64,000 nt of DNA from an uncultured virus (IMG/VR IMGVR_UViG_3300020049_015491) (IMGVR_UViG_3300020049_015491), one strand, 5' to 3'; shown: positions 9,243 to 18,498, numbered from the stretch's first letter. Notes: generated from the sequence alone by a model not told the origin. A program made the numbers and translations.

Positions 9243-9316
9243 TAGGTGTCTAGTCTGAGCACGCAAGGAGCAGGTCGCACCAGCCTGCGAGGAATCGTAC
9301 TCAGATATCTAGCCTA
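9243..9316 (-). ncRNA. BHB-closed hairpin, copy 1
   Basis: UAGG-CUAG-AUA-UCUGAGUACG...CGUGCUCAGA-CUAG-ACA-CCUA: 4-bp helix with two opposed 3-nt bulges. Confidence 0.7.
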
Positions 9317-9334
9317 AAAAATAAAAGGTGCCTT

Positions 9335-9757
9335 CTACTGAGAAGGTTCAGCAGGAGGCAAGAGGAACTTGATGGCCAGCTCGGACTGCTCGTAATTCTT
9401 GGACGTAGCATTTCCGATAAGTCCACCCAGTATGTCTGACTGATCTATAACGAACTTCTCTCCAACCAGACCGGCGATGTCTGTGACCAGATCTCGCTTG
9501 ATCCCGTCCAGGTCCTGCAAGGTATCATTCATGATGGGGCGCGACAAGCGTTCGGCGTACTTCTGAGCTTCATTGCCCTGAAAGCCAGAGCCCACCCTGT
9601 TGCTCATGCCTTCCTGGATTTCGGTATCTAGGTCCTCAACCTCTTCAAAGAATCGGTTAACCTCGCGTTCCATGCTTTCCTTAAAAGCAAGTTTCATGTC
9701 CACAAGCTTTCTGCGTAGCTTATTGACATCAGTGTTATCTTTTACAACTTCAACCAT
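9335..9757 (-). CDS. Hypothetical helical protein lying between the two BHB elements
   Basis: 140-aa ORF with GGAG SD. Confidence 0.7.
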   Translation of the reverse strand: MVEVVKDNTDVNKLRRKLVDMKLAFKESMEREVNRFFEEVEDLDTEIQEGMSNRVGSGFQGNEAQKYAERLSRPIMNDTLQDLDGIKRDLVTDIAGLVGEKFVIDQSDILGGLIGNATSKNYEQSELAIKFLLPPAEPSQ

Positions 9758-9807
9758 TCGGATTTCTCCAAAACACTGTTCACTACATTGTATTTCAACC
9801 TTTGCAA

Positions 9808-9877
9808 AAGTGTCCAGTCCGAGTACAAGGAAGATAGCATGATGCGCTACTGAGGGAAGTACCCGGATATCTGGCCT
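9808..9877 (-). ncRNA. BHB-closed hairpin, copy 2
   Basis: AGG-CCAG-AUA-UCCGGGUAC...GUACUCGGA-CUGG-ACA-CUU; compensatory changes relative to copy 1. Confidence 0.7.
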
Positions 9878-9885
9878 GAAAAAGG

Positions 9886-10170
9886 TTATTGGTCTTTCAA
9901 CATTTCAAGCACATGGTTGAGATCCCGGAGGAACATTTTCCCGGAATCAGTGATTAGATATCGGTCTCGGAGATCCCCCATTATGATTCCTTCTGAACGG
10001 GCGATTTCTCTCGTTCGAGTGAGAACGATAAATTTCCGCTCCATCAGGATGCTGAGAATCTTTTTGGCACTGACTGAGTTTATTCGGACTCGATCTACAA
10101 TATCTGTGAGTACCCTGCTATCGCAAGCATCCAGTACCTCCTTTGTGAGTTCTATTTTATCTCTTACCAT
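9886..10170 (-). CDS. Winged-helix transcriptional regulator
   Basis: LTDIVDRVRINSVSAKKILSILMERKFI...YLITDSG pattern typical of archaeal wHTH proteins. Confidence 0.7.
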   Translation of the reverse strand: MVRDKIELTKEVLDACDSRVLTDIVDRVRINSVSAKKILSILMERKFIVLTRTREIARSEGIIMGDLRDRYLITDSGKMFLRDLNHVLEMLKDQ

Positions 10171-10476
10171 TTAATCACCATCCACTAACGCCCTGGTTGC
10201 CCGCAGAACGTCATGAATTTTCACAGCTATTCCGTTGTACTCTTCCATCGTCTGCCTGGCTGCTTCATCTCGCAGAGCATCCATCACCAAGCTTAATCCG
10301 AACTCCTCAACCAACTCTGCCATAGCTGATTGAAGAGCTTCCCTGCGGTCTCTATTGATAATGACCTGAATTTCGGACATACGCCTCCTTATCGGATATT
10401 TAAATCTCTCCTCTAAGAGATCCCCGGTAGACACATTTTTCGTTTCCGCACATGCTACAAATGCAGACTCGCTCAT
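10171..10476 (-). CDS. Hypothetical protein
   Basis: Abuts the next gene (TAA-ATG). Confidence 0.6.
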   Translation of the reverse strand: MSESAFVACAETKNVSTGDLLEERFKYPIRRRMSEIQVIINRDRREALQSAMAELVEEFGLSLVMDALRDEAARQTMEEYNGIAVKIHDVLRATRALVDGD

Positions 10477-10549
10477 TAACCACGCATCCTATGAGATCAT
10501 CGGTATCCTGTTCTTGCTCATCCTGTAGAATAAATATGAATTGATCCAT

Positions 10550-11296
10550 TTAATTACTCACCTTCTCATGTCTCAGCAGCACTTCAACCAGGGCGAGCTT
10601 TCTTTTCCGGAAGAATTTCTGAAGAATTAGGGTGCCTTCACGCTTCCGGAAATCCGGGTCGTGGCGCATCATTTCCACCACGAACCCGGGATTGCCGTAG
10701 TGCCTCTCCATAACGGCATTGGCGAACAAAGCGGGAACGTAGTACTTCTCTTCGAAGTGATGAAGATAATGGTCCACACCCATTGGATCTGGCCGTTCCG
10801 GATGAGCAGCATCCTTTAGCAGGCAGTTCCAGCAATCCCCAGAATCGGGCTCCTCGATTCCGGCCTCAACGATATGGTTGATAAAGCCTTTGATATAAAC
10901 GCTTACCAACTTATCAATCTTCTGTTTGGCAATTCTTGTTGCAGCATCGTTGTTTTGCGGAATCACCCCACCATCAGAAAGAGTGAAGTGTTCTGTGAAG
11001 AGTGATTTGGTGTCACCAGAGTTGACATACCACAGGCCCTGCTCCTGGGTGATCTGTACTCCACGACTGGCCAGAGCATCATTCATGCGTTCCTTTGTGG
11101 TCCGGGTTCTATATCCTCCAGAGAATAAGACTATCGATCCATCTTTGTGGAAGGTTACTATGTTTGTCTCATGCAGTCTGACAGCATACGATTCGCCTAC
11201 TTGGACAATGTAGGTATGGCCGGCGATTTTCTTGCCGACCGTCTTATCGCGGGCCTTTGCAAATTGGCTCGCAGCATCTTGAAAATTCATGAACAT
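10550..11296 (-). CDS. Hypothetical phage-type protein
   Basis: 248 aa; VRLHETNIV...GGYRTRTTKERMN resembles small phage early proteins. Confidence 0.7.
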   Translation of the reverse strand: MFMNFQDAASQFAKARDKTVGKKIAGHTYIVQVGESYAVRLHETNIVTFHKDGSIVLFSGGYRTRTTKERMNDALASRGVQITQEQGLWYVNSGDTKSLFTEHFTLSDGGVIPQNNDAATRIAKQKIDKLVSVYIKGFINHIVEAGIEEPDSGDCWNCLLKDAAHPERPDPMGVDHYLHHFEEKYYVPALFANAVMERHYGNPGFVVEMMRHDPDFRKREGTLILQKFFRKRKLALVEVLLRHEKVSN

Positions 11297-11312
11297 TCAC
11301 CTCATCAGATCT

Positions 11313-11540
11313 TCAGCGCCAGTAGAACCAGTAACTGTAATAGTACGGGAACACTGATCCGTAGTAGTAATAGTTGTAATTCACAGGACCGCCATAGTTG
11401 TAATAGAACGAAGCATATGGGTTTGACATCATTGCCGCTCCCTGGCCATGTCCGTGGACGTTTCCGCTTGATTCAAACACCGGGACCGCAGCCCCGATGC
11501 TGATCAAGCATATCATTAAGATCGCTAGCAATATCTTCAT
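11313..11540 (-). CDS. Small secreted Tyr-rich protein
   Basis: Signal-peptide-like N-terminus; Tyr-rich C-half. Confidence 0.6.
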   Translation of the reverse strand: MKILLAILMICLISIGAAVPVFESSGNVHGHGQGAAMMSNPYASFYYNYGGPVNYNYYYYGSVFPYYYSYWFYWR

Positions 11541-11851
11541 TATACCTCCATATTATGCCTTTTCAGCATAGCCTGCAATTCTGCCTCCAGTGTTCGAACT
11601 TTGGTTTCAAGCTGTTCAATCTGGCCATTGAAATTTATGCCATATTCTTTTTGAATTTCTCTTCGGGTTCTTTCTGAATCTTCTCGAACGGCTGCAAACC
11701 AAGCGGCCTCATCAACTATAAGAAATTGAAGAACTGGATGAGAAAGATCCTTAATCGCATCATTCAGCCGTGATTTCGCTTCTCCAATGTTAAGATTATC
11801 CAGAGCTTCCTGGGCTTTTACCAAAGCCTGTATGGTTTCGATTATTCTCAT
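11540..11851 (-). CDS. Hypothetical coiled-coil protein
   Basis: Coupled to neighbouring genes by overlaps. Confidence 0.6.
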   Translation of the reverse strand: MRIIETIQALVKAQEALDNLNIGEAKSRLNDAIKDLSHPVLQFLIVDEAAWFAAVREDSERTRREIQKEYGINFNGQIEQLETKVRTLEAELQAMLKRHNMEV

Positions 11852-12084
11852 TTGATCCCCACCGTTGTGCAATGGTTATTGAAAAACCGTCTCCTCCTAA
11901 TGCTTCCCATGTTTTTCCAGACCACGGCAGCAAATTTTTCTTTCAGCATCCATCGTAGCTCTACTCCATCCCAGGCCTCTGGGACTTTTCCGGCATCTAT
12001 CTCGGCGTAAATTTCATCCCGAATAGCAGATACCAGGCTGTTGACCAATTCTTTCTGAACATCGGGTTTCATCCAATCCCTCAT
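11848..12084 (-). CDS. Hypothetical phage-type protein
   Basis: ATGA coupling; GKVPEAWDGVELR. Confidence 0.65.
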   Translation of the reverse strand: MRDWMKPDVQKELVNSLVSAIRDEIYAEIDAGKVPEAWDGVELRWMLKEKFAAVVWKNMGSIRRRRFFNNHCTTVGIK

Positions 12085-12248
12085 TCAAATCCATAGGTGC
12101 CGACCGTATTTCCATTAATGTCTCTCAAGGTGCCTGTCCAATGGCCAGTATCCATCAAACGGGCGCACTCCCGGATAATCCGAGTCAGCTCACCAGGATT
12201 ATCCTTGAAAGCGGCATTGCCGCCAACTATTCTTATGACGAAATTCAT
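12081..12248 (-). CDS. Small hypothetical protein (55 aa, not in track)
   Basis: MNFVIRIVGGNAAF...LRDINGNTVG; ATGA overlaps at both ends. Confidence 0.6.
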   Translation of the reverse strand: MNFVIRIVGGNAAFKDNPGELTRIIRECARLMDTGHWTGTLRDINGNTVGTYGFE

Positions 12249-12412
12249 TGTCCCACCTGATTTACCAGGTATATTTCAACAGTCGGAACCAAGAACCTCA
12301 TTCCGTTATCAGCCAGGATGATGGCTGCCTTCCCGGTGAACGATTCCAGGACGCCATACTGCCATTCATCGAATAACCGGAAATATACTGAATCACCCAA
12401 TTGTAGAACCAT
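12245..12412 (-). CDS. Small hypothetical protein (55 aa, not in track)
   Basis: MVLQLGDSVYF...; ATGA overlap with the next gene. Confidence 0.55.
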   Translation of the reverse strand: MVLQLGDSVYFRLFDEWQYGVLESFTGKAAIILADNGMRFLVPTVEIYLVNQVGQ

Positions 12413-12413
12413 C

Positions 12414-12647
12414 TCAATCATCTTTCCTTAAATTTCCCAGGTCTCGGAGACCATAATTCGTCTCGGCGGTTCCAGCCATCTTCATGGCCCGCTTGGCACC
12501 AACATGGAGCGAACTGAGGGCATCTTCGATGGTCAAAATACCATTTATCACCTGGCAGATATCATCCGTTTCCAGGCCATTATCAAGCATTCTGACGGCT
12601 CTTTTTACCATTTCGGTTTTTTCAGATATATACTCTGCATTATACAC
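12414..12647 (-). CDS. Hypothetical protein
   Basis: Tightly packed operon. Confidence 0.55.
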   Translation of the reverse strand: MYNAEYISEKTEMVKRAVRMLDNGLETDDICQVINGILTIEDALSSLHVGAKRAMKMAGTAETNYGLRDLGNLRKDD

Positions 12648-12851
12648 TCAAAACCACTCTCCAATTTCGTATATTCTCTTATCGAGATATGGTACAATAC
12701 CCTCGAACCCGTAGACCTTGCCTTCTACGATGAATAGGCCACCGTAGTCCTCATCACAGCCAAGCTCTTCAAGCATAGGTTTGACAACCTGGGAGTCGGT
12801 GTAAAGCTCGACTCCGGGGATGTCGTTTATGTCACGTACAAAAACGTACAT
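12648..12851 (-). CDS. Hypothetical protein
   Basis: Tightly packed operon. Confidence 0.6.
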   Translation of the reverse strand: MYVFVRDINDIPGVELYTDSQVVKPMLEELGCDEDYGGLFIVEGKVYGFEGIVPYLDKRIYEIGEWF

Positions 12852-13112
12852 TCAGAACACCTGCTGAGAGATTCTAATCATCCTACCGTTGGCAAAGATC
12901 TCCTTTTCGACCCAGATTTGGAGGAGATCGCCTTCGCAATCGTTGGTTTTGATCTGAATGCCCATGATGGCCGGCCAGGCATCACGACTAAGATCATTGT
13001 TGACCTCACTCCACTCTGCTATCCAGGCCACGATAGCCTTTTTGTTTGATAACTTGCGAAGAATATTGGTCACATCGTTGAGATCTTCAAGATCTTTTTC
13101 AATTGGACCCAT
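12852..13112 (-). CDS. Hypothetical protein
   Basis: GAGGTGA SD before ATG 13112 (MGPIEK). Confidence 0.6.
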   Translation of the reverse strand: MGPIEKDLEDLNDVTNILRKLSNKKAIVAWIAEWSEVNNDLSRDAWPAIMGIQIKTNDCEGDLLQIWVEKEIFANGRMIRISQQVF

Positions 13113-13247
13113 TGTCGTCACCTCATCACAGCCTCCCAGGAGAAGTCTCCCATCAACCATGCTGGCTCCGGATCGCCCAGAAACAACCAGGAGGGGAGTA
13201 TTTTCCGGAAGACCCTATAGAATATTCATCAGCTCTTTTATCATCAT
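13113..13247 (-). pseudogene. Small gene with in-frame TAG at 13215-13217
   Basis: MMIKELMNIL*GLPENTPLLV resembles the common phage MTVKELIExLQxLPED N-terminus. Confidence 0.5.
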
Positions 13248-13291
13248 AACGGTTCCTTCGGAGATAATAATTTCCTACAATGCATTGCCAG

Positions 13292-13474
13292 TCCGTTAAA
13301 ACCGTGGACTTCGATCTTTACACGTCTACCGCCCCGCTTCTCATCGATAGTAGTGAGTACCAGGCAAGCGGGTCCAGAAGCTACGCCTGGGTTATCCAGG
13401 GGAAGCTCGCAACCAACGCGGTCCAAGGAGACAAGCCCAACGAGGCGATTGTCTGTAGGTACGACGAGTTCTGA
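13292..13474 (+). pseudogene. 3' fragment of a gene at the left edge of the insertion
   Basis: ...VIQGKLATNAVQGDKPNEAIVCRYDEF* has no own SD or start inside the block. Confidence 0.5.
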
Positions 13475-13580
13475 AAACAGTTAAATAGTAGTAAGTAGTT
13501 GTGGTGGATGATGTCACTTGTCCGACTCTCCGTACTCACCGGGCATGTGACATCCCCTAATCATTTTTGGTGGTGTGAAC

Positions 13581-14417
13581 ATGGACGATATTAAAAGGTG
13601 GTTTTATCATAAGGACCCTACGAAACCATATAGCACAAGCGTGTGGTGTGGCGTAGAGGCTACCGGTGTAAAGGATTTCGTGGAGGGTGACATGACTGAG
13701 GGCATGTCTGGTAACAGTATGCACGTTACCCATCGCGTGGTTAGACTGGAGGCAAAAAACATCAAGATTTTTGCAAAGTCTTCCACCAACGAGTATGCCC
13801 GCGCCTCCCAAGAAATTGTTATCACAAACGGCATCATCGAGGACATGTACGGAGCGGCATATGTCGGCCCGCACAAGCAGCAAGACGTTCTTGTGGGCGC
13901 ATTCGTGCAACAGACCGTTGGGAGGGCCGAAGGTGAGAGCATCGTTGTAGATGCGGACGGACTGGATTTCACCAGGGCTGCAAACCCAAGGGCCAGGATA
14001 GATACTCGCATAGAGAGAGGCGGGTCACTCGATTTGTACTCTGCCAGGGCACAGACTGTCAGGAAGCCAGGAAACACCAGCGCAGAAGCAATCGTAGAGT
14101 CCATGCGGGCAAATGGACAGATCCGGGAGTTCATTGACGCCAGTTCGAGGGATGGAGACATCTCCTGGTGCGTGCTGAATCTTCTGAGAGGCGAGATCTG
14201 TGAGGAACCGGTGATGGACGACGTTCCTTGCCGGGCATTCGTGGATAATGCCGATTGGAAGAATACCAGTACTACCCTCTCAGCGATCGTGGATTCAAAG
14301 AGCTATGGTGGCGACTACAGAACACATCATAAAATCCCGCACGTCCCACTGAAATCCACGTACAACCAACTGAACCAGGCAGGAAAACAGTCGATTCTTT
14401 TGAGGGCAATAAGTTAA
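13581..14417 (+). CDS. Hypothetical protein
   Basis: ~278-aa ORF with GGTG SD; upstream hairpin GATGTCAC...GTGACATC. Confidence 0.7.
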   Translation: MDDIKRWFYHKDPTKPYSTSVWCGVEATGVKDFVEGDMTEGMSGNSMHVTHRVVRLEAKNIKIFAKSSTNEYARASQEIVITNGIIEDMYGAAYVGPHKQQDVLVGAFVQQTVGRAEGESIVVDADGLDFTRAANPRARIDTRIERGGSLDLYSARAQTVRKPGNTSAEAIVESMRANGQIREFIDASSRDGDISWCVLNLLRGEICEEPVMDDVPCRAFVDNADWKNTSTTLSAIVDSKSYGGDYRTHHKIPHVPLKSTYNQLNQAGKQSILLRAIS

Positions 14418-14451
14418 ACCTCATCTCGACAACATTTTTTTAATAATAGCC

Positions 14452-14973
14452 ATGACGAAATCCTTTGCTGTGATTATGATTATGATGTTGACTTTGCCGG
14501 TCACATCATCGATGGAACACAAATGTGATTTGGTTGGAAACGGGAAACTGGATATGTCATTCGATGGTGGATGGGGGCAAACTTATGTCCGCGGGAGTGG
14601 TGATATCGCGTTGGGGCAAATAGCCAACGCTGACGGGAAGTCATTTTCGGCCCTGACCTTGATTGATTCTGATCTAGGGAGCATTCGGACCAAGACCCCA
14701 GAGTATGATGGAATGTTCGTAGATGTGAAAAATCTCAACGGCTCTATGCAGGTCAGTAGGACGGAAACCATCGAAGAGGAGGCGACAAAACACGGCCTGA
14801 ACGTGTTGTTGAATCTTTCCGGAAATGGGTCAATAGACGAGTCCATGTTCATGAAAGATACCAGATCAAGACCCGCGGTGTCGGTTCTTGAGTTCGCTGG
14901 AGAGTTCAACTACACAAGCATCCTGGACATGACAGAATCGGAGATGTGGACTACCACCAAGAGACTTTTGTGA
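14452..14973 (+). CDS. Secreted hypothetical protein, likely homolog of 40957-41541
   Basis: Signal peptide; GSIRTKTPEY vs GKIRLRTPEY. Confidence 0.65.
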   Translation: MTKSFAVIMIMMLTLPVTSSMEHKCDLVGNGKLDMSFDGGWGQTYVRGSGDIALGQIANADGKSFSALTLIDSDLGSIRTKTPEYDGMFVDVKNLNGSMQVSRTETIEEEATKHGLNVLLNLSGNGSIDESMFMKDTRSRPAVSVLEFAGEFNYTSILDMTESEMWTTTKRLL

Positions 14974-14979
14974 GGATCT

Positions 14980-15300
14980 ATGAAAACCAGTTTTAACGTG
15001 ACGAATAAGGCAAACGCTAACGCGACCCCTCCTGGCGAGGAGTGCTCATCGTGTGATGACTGTAAAGATGGAACATCTGATCAAGCGTGTGGGTGCATCC
15101 CACAGGACCTGGAGCATCGCGTGATGCCAACCGGGTCGTTCAAGCCTGTGGGCCAGGAACGGCGTTACATCACAACCACTGGAAAACGACTCACTAGGAA
15201 GGATTTCATGGAATGGTCTAGAAAAGAGGGCGCACAGGTGGACCCCATAGTATGGTTCACCGAGATGGGGCATGGTCCGGTCCCTGACGATGTTACATGA
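14980..15300 (+). CDS. Cys-containing hypothetical protein, likely homolog of 40619-40960
   Basis: CxxC, GCIP, PTG...RYITTTG...TRKDF...VDP. Confidence 0.65.
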   Translation: MKTSFNVTNKANANATPPGEECSSCDDCKDGTSDQACGCIPQDLEHRVMPTGSFKPVGQERRYITTTGKRLTRKDFMEWSRKEGAQVDPIVWFTEMGHGPVPDDVT

Positions 15301-15337
15301 ATTACCTTTAAATACTTTTTTCAACAATTAATCGCGC

Positions 15338-15787
15338 ATGGCACACGACGAATTAAAGCAGGGAAAGGGAAGACGCGGCGCGCCTCTCCCGGACGAGAAA
15401 GAGTATGCGGAGATGTACAATGACATCAAAAAGAACTCGCATAGCGACAACTCCCTGAGCCTCCAGGATATAGTTGAAAATTCCGCCGTGGTAAATGCAC
15501 TTGCAGATATTCTCATTATAGATGGCGTAATAAAAGAAAAGGATGGCATCGATCCCATAAACAGGATAGACAAAAGTGCCGATTTGTATGGTGGGGTCCT
15601 AGCTGGATTGATAATGATCTTAAAAGAAGATGGGATAATACCAGACCTGGAATCCAAGTTGAACGATGGCATAATAGCCGCGCACCGGACCATGATGCAC
15701 TTCGGGTCGCGGGTGGTGAACTTGGATATCATAGTCAATTATAGGCAGGAATTTTACAAAGCCATTCGAGCTTCCAGACGGAAGTGA
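15338..15787 (+). CDS. Hypothetical protein
   Basis: TTTAAATA box at ~15307 upstream. Confidence 0.65.
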   Translation: MAHDELKQGKGRRGAPLPDEKEYAEMYNDIKKNSHSDNSLSLQDIVENSAVVNALADILIIDGVIKEKDGIDPINRIDKSADLYGGVLAGLIMILKEDGIIPDLESKLNDGIIAAHRTMMHFGSRVVNLDIIVNYRQEFYKAIRASRRK

Positions 15788-15791
15788 TAAC

Positions 15792-16319
15792 ATGTCCATT
15801 CCCGAAAGGAAATACTACTGGATGGGCTATACATCATTGGGTAGAATTGTGCCGCAATTCACGCGAGATGGGACTGAACAACTATGGACTGATGTCCTTT
15901 ATAATTACGAAATCACTCGGATTTATTGGATGCCATTTGACCTGGACTCCGCAGCATGTGCAAGGCTGTCCCCGTCGCTAACGTTTTGGCCTCTGGTATC
16001 AAATTCCCCTGCTATGTGGCTTGACATCCCAAAGAACTCCATCGGGGTCCCTATCTGCACTGAGGACATAGAGCAATATGATTATTGGCACTGCGAGATA
16101 TGTCACGGTGATATGTTTTGGCATGGCGACGATACTCCCCTGGTGTGCCCAGCATGTGGTAGCAAAAACGAATGGGTTTGCCAGGAGCGTTTCAACCAGG
16201 TCCATGAGAGAAACGTCCCAGGTAGATTTATTGACGGTGATTCTGGTCTCTTCAAGCTTCTGAATGAGGCGTTCACCCAGATGGATGGGCTTGCAATAGT
16301 TGTCGTCCTTGCGGTATGA
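15792..16319 (+). CDS. Zn-ribbon protein, truncated at 16184 and running into antisense sequence
   Basis: CEIC...CPAC; downstream of TTGCCAG the frame is the reverse of the split minus-strand gene. Confidence 0.55.
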   Translation: MSIPERKYYWMGYTSLGRIVPQFTRDGTEQLWTDVLYNYEITRIYWMPFDLDSAACARLSPSLTFWPLVSNSPAMWLDIPKNSIGVPICTEDIEQYDYWHCEICHGDMFWHGDDTPLVCPACGSKNEWVCQERFNQVHERNVPGRFIDGDSGLFKLLNEAFTQMDGLAIVVVLAV

Positions 16320-16437
16320 CCACACGTACCAGACTGCGGCACGTTCGATCTTATGTTCGCTCATCGCGAGACAGAATGAGTCTGGGAGGGCAGAATCACA
16401 GCCCCCATTCAGGCCCGTCAGTTCCATTAATCGTCCT

Positions 16438-16686
16438 TTACTGACCATGTTTATCACTCCTCAAAAGATCACCCAGGGTGGTTGCTTTCCATTCTGGAGG
16501 AACTTCCCATCCTTCAGGAAGAGGTTCGAGACATTTCCAGGTTCGGAAAGGCTGCTGGGGAGTTTTCCAGCTACAAGATCGGCATCGGGTGTTGTAGATG
16601 GAGCCGTAATGGTTGGTCGTAAATACCTCCACGGCTCCACAATTTGGGCATTCGTAGCGTTTTGGGGTGGCTTTTCCGGTTATCAT
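16438..16686 (-). CDS. Small Zn-finger protein
   Basis: CPNC...CRSC. Confidence 0.65.
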   Translation of the reverse strand: MITGKATPKRYECPNCGAVEVFTTNHYGSIYNTRCRSCSWKTPQQPFRTWKCLEPLPEGWEVPPEWKATTLGDLLRSDKHGQ

Positions 16687-16816
16687 TCTTCATCCTCCTC
16701 AGTCTCTCCGTGATAGTCACCAGATGTGTAGCCTTCACTTATAAGGCGTGCAATATGCTCCAAATCAGAATCAGATGGGATACCATCTCCAAAATCTATG
16801 TTCCACCAGGGCATAA

Positions 16817-17065
16817 TTACCTCGGAATATGAGTGTACGCTTCTGCAGTTATGGGTGAGTCCTCATCAGTCCAGCCACGACCACAATGGCCGCATTGCCA
16901 TTCAAAGCAGGATGAAGCGCCTATGCGGGCTATTTTCTGAAGTGGTCGAACGTACATCCAGGCATAAGCGGATATGCCGCCGCAGCCGGGACAGTACTCC
17001 AAGTCTCCGGAAGCAAGCAGTTTGGAGACTGGCAATGGCCATAAGGCCCGGAGATAGATGCTCAT
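16817..17065 (-). CDS. Small Zn-finger protein
   Basis: CPGC...CGHC. Confidence 0.6.
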   Translation of the reverse strand: MSIYLRALWPLPVSKLLASGDLEYCPGCGGISAYAWMYVRPLQKIARIGASSCFEWQCGHCGRGWTDEDSPITAEAYTHIPR

Positions 17066-17195
17066 TTTATCAGATCTGGTCGATAGATTTCTTTACGAGT
17101 GGTTGCATTCAGTTGTCGTTCTATCCAGGATGAAACAAAGTGGTGCTGGCGGTTCTGGGTGTTTGGATTTTTGCCCTTTGAACCTCTCTTTTTGC

Positions 17196-17729
17196 TCATA
17201 GTTTCACCACTGAGAAGTTCAATTCCTCATCAGTGAAACCGATTTTGCGAAGGCTTGCTTTCAGTTCGATGAGGATAGCAGCGTCAGGGGTGTCCAGATC
17301 AGGGTCATCAGATTCTAAACCCCATAAGGACTCATATTCGTGGGCAATGAAGGTTTTGCCGTTGATCTCGATTGCGAGGGTGGCATCGTAGACGATGCCT
17401 ATAAACTCCCAAGTACCCTTGTACCATGCTATTGCCCGTTTGAGGTCTTGCTGGGCATAGTGGAATACGGCTTTTTTAAGGCTACCGTATTCGGCTATGA
17501 CCTTAGCTTTTTCCTCATCAGTTATACGTTCCCAACCATCAAGTTTAACCCAGTCACTGGTGCTGGATTTGAAGTATGGGGCGACGGGAAGGTTCGTGCG
17601 AAGAACACCGCTTTCCCAATGGTTAGTGAACTTGCCATAATCTGATTCAAGCATGCCTTGATTATCCAAATCAGGCTCAACCTTCCGGGTTACGCTGGTT
17701 ATCTTGATTCTTGCGTCTACCATTTTCAT
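17196..17729 (-). CDS. Hypothetical phage-type protein
   Basis: WEFIGI...ESLWGLESD motif; ATGA coupling. Confidence 0.7.
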   Translation of the reverse strand: MKMVDARIKITSVTRKVEPDLDNQGMLESDYGKFTNHWESGVLRTNLPVAPYFKSSTSDWVKLDGWERITDEEKAKVIAEYGSLKKAVFHYAQQDLKRAIAWYKGTWEFIGIVYDATLAIEINGKTFIAHEYESLWGLESDDPDLDTPDAAILIELKASLRKIGFTDEELNFSVVKL

Positions 17730-18280
17730 CCCTCGATATTGCTCAATTTACCGTAAATTTGGCCCAGGTCTTCTACGGCTTTGGTCACTTCCAGATCAGT
17801 TGCTTTGTGATCAGGATTGCTCTTCGGACGAAGAAGGTCGATGAGATCACGGATACGGTATTTGAGGATATCGACCTCATCACGCCGAAGGTATTTCTTG
17901 ACTCCCATGCCCCAGGTGAAATCGATGAGAGCGTAAGCGATGGTATCACCCAGATATTCTCGGAGCATATGCTTCCTGGCGAGGTATTGGCTGCCGTGGA
18001 AATGGATCGTTATATCCAGTTCCTTATATATGGTGCCGTTCTGGAAATATCGGCCATTTTTGATTATGACCGAGAAATCCTGCCAGCCTTCGTACATGCC
18101 ACAGTCATTCATGCAGTGGAAGCTGTTTCGACAGGTGATATGATGGGCGTGACCTTCAATCACCCAATCTGCATCGATGCCACTGCCGTGAGGTAATAAG
18201 TCAGGCAGCTCTTCAGCCCAAGCGGGCAGGTTTACTGAAATGGTTTCACGTACTCCGAACATAAAATCATCCTTGTTCAA
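17726..18280 (-). CDS. Hypothetical phage-type protein
   Basis: LPHGSGID...FHCMNDCGMYEGW. Confidence 0.7.
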   Translation of the reverse strand: MNKDDFMFGVRETISVNLPAWAEELPDLLPHGSGIDADWVIEGHAHHITCRNSFHCMNDCGMYEGWQDFSVIIKNGRYFQNGTIYKELDITIHFHGSQYLARKHMLREYLGDTIAYALIDFTWGMGVKKYLRRDEVDILKYRIRDLIDLLRPKSNPDHKATDLEVTKAVEDLGQIYGKLSNIEG

Positions 18281-18494
18281 CTATTTGGCCGGTGCGAACG
18301 GCCATTATCAAATATTCACCATTGCTGTCAACGGTTGTTGCTTTTTGAGCATGGAAAAGTTTAACGTCATCAGTACTGTTCAAGTAGCGCCAGGTTTCGC
18401 TGCCCTTTTTCCGAAAGTAAAAATCATAGGTTAGACGGGCTTTTGGCTCTATGGTTTTTCGTGGGGTGTCGGCATAGTGATCAACAAATTTCAT
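18267..18494 (-). CDS. Hypothetical protein
   Basis: GAGGTGA SD. Confidence 0.6.
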   Translation of the reverse strand: MKFVDHYADTPRKTIEPKARLTYDFYFRKKGSETWRYLNSTDDVKLFHAQKATTVDSNGEYLIMAVRTGQIVEQG

Positions 18495-18498
18495 AATG

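Larger units (their letters stand above)
13285..16184 (+). mobile_element. Inserted opposite-strand gene block bounded by TTGCCAG direct repeats; no transposase or integrase
   Basis: TTGCCAG at 13285-13291 and 16178-16184; plus-strand genes inside a minus-strand array; truncated ORFs at both edges. Confidence 0.7.
13244..16448 (-). pseudogene. Gene split by a 2.9-kb insertion (5' part 16448-16178, 3' part 13284-13244)
   Basis: Joining at TTGCCAG gives a 312-nt ORF ending VETLLAMHCRKLLSPKEPL*, with its TGA overlapping the next ATG. Confidence 0.75.
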
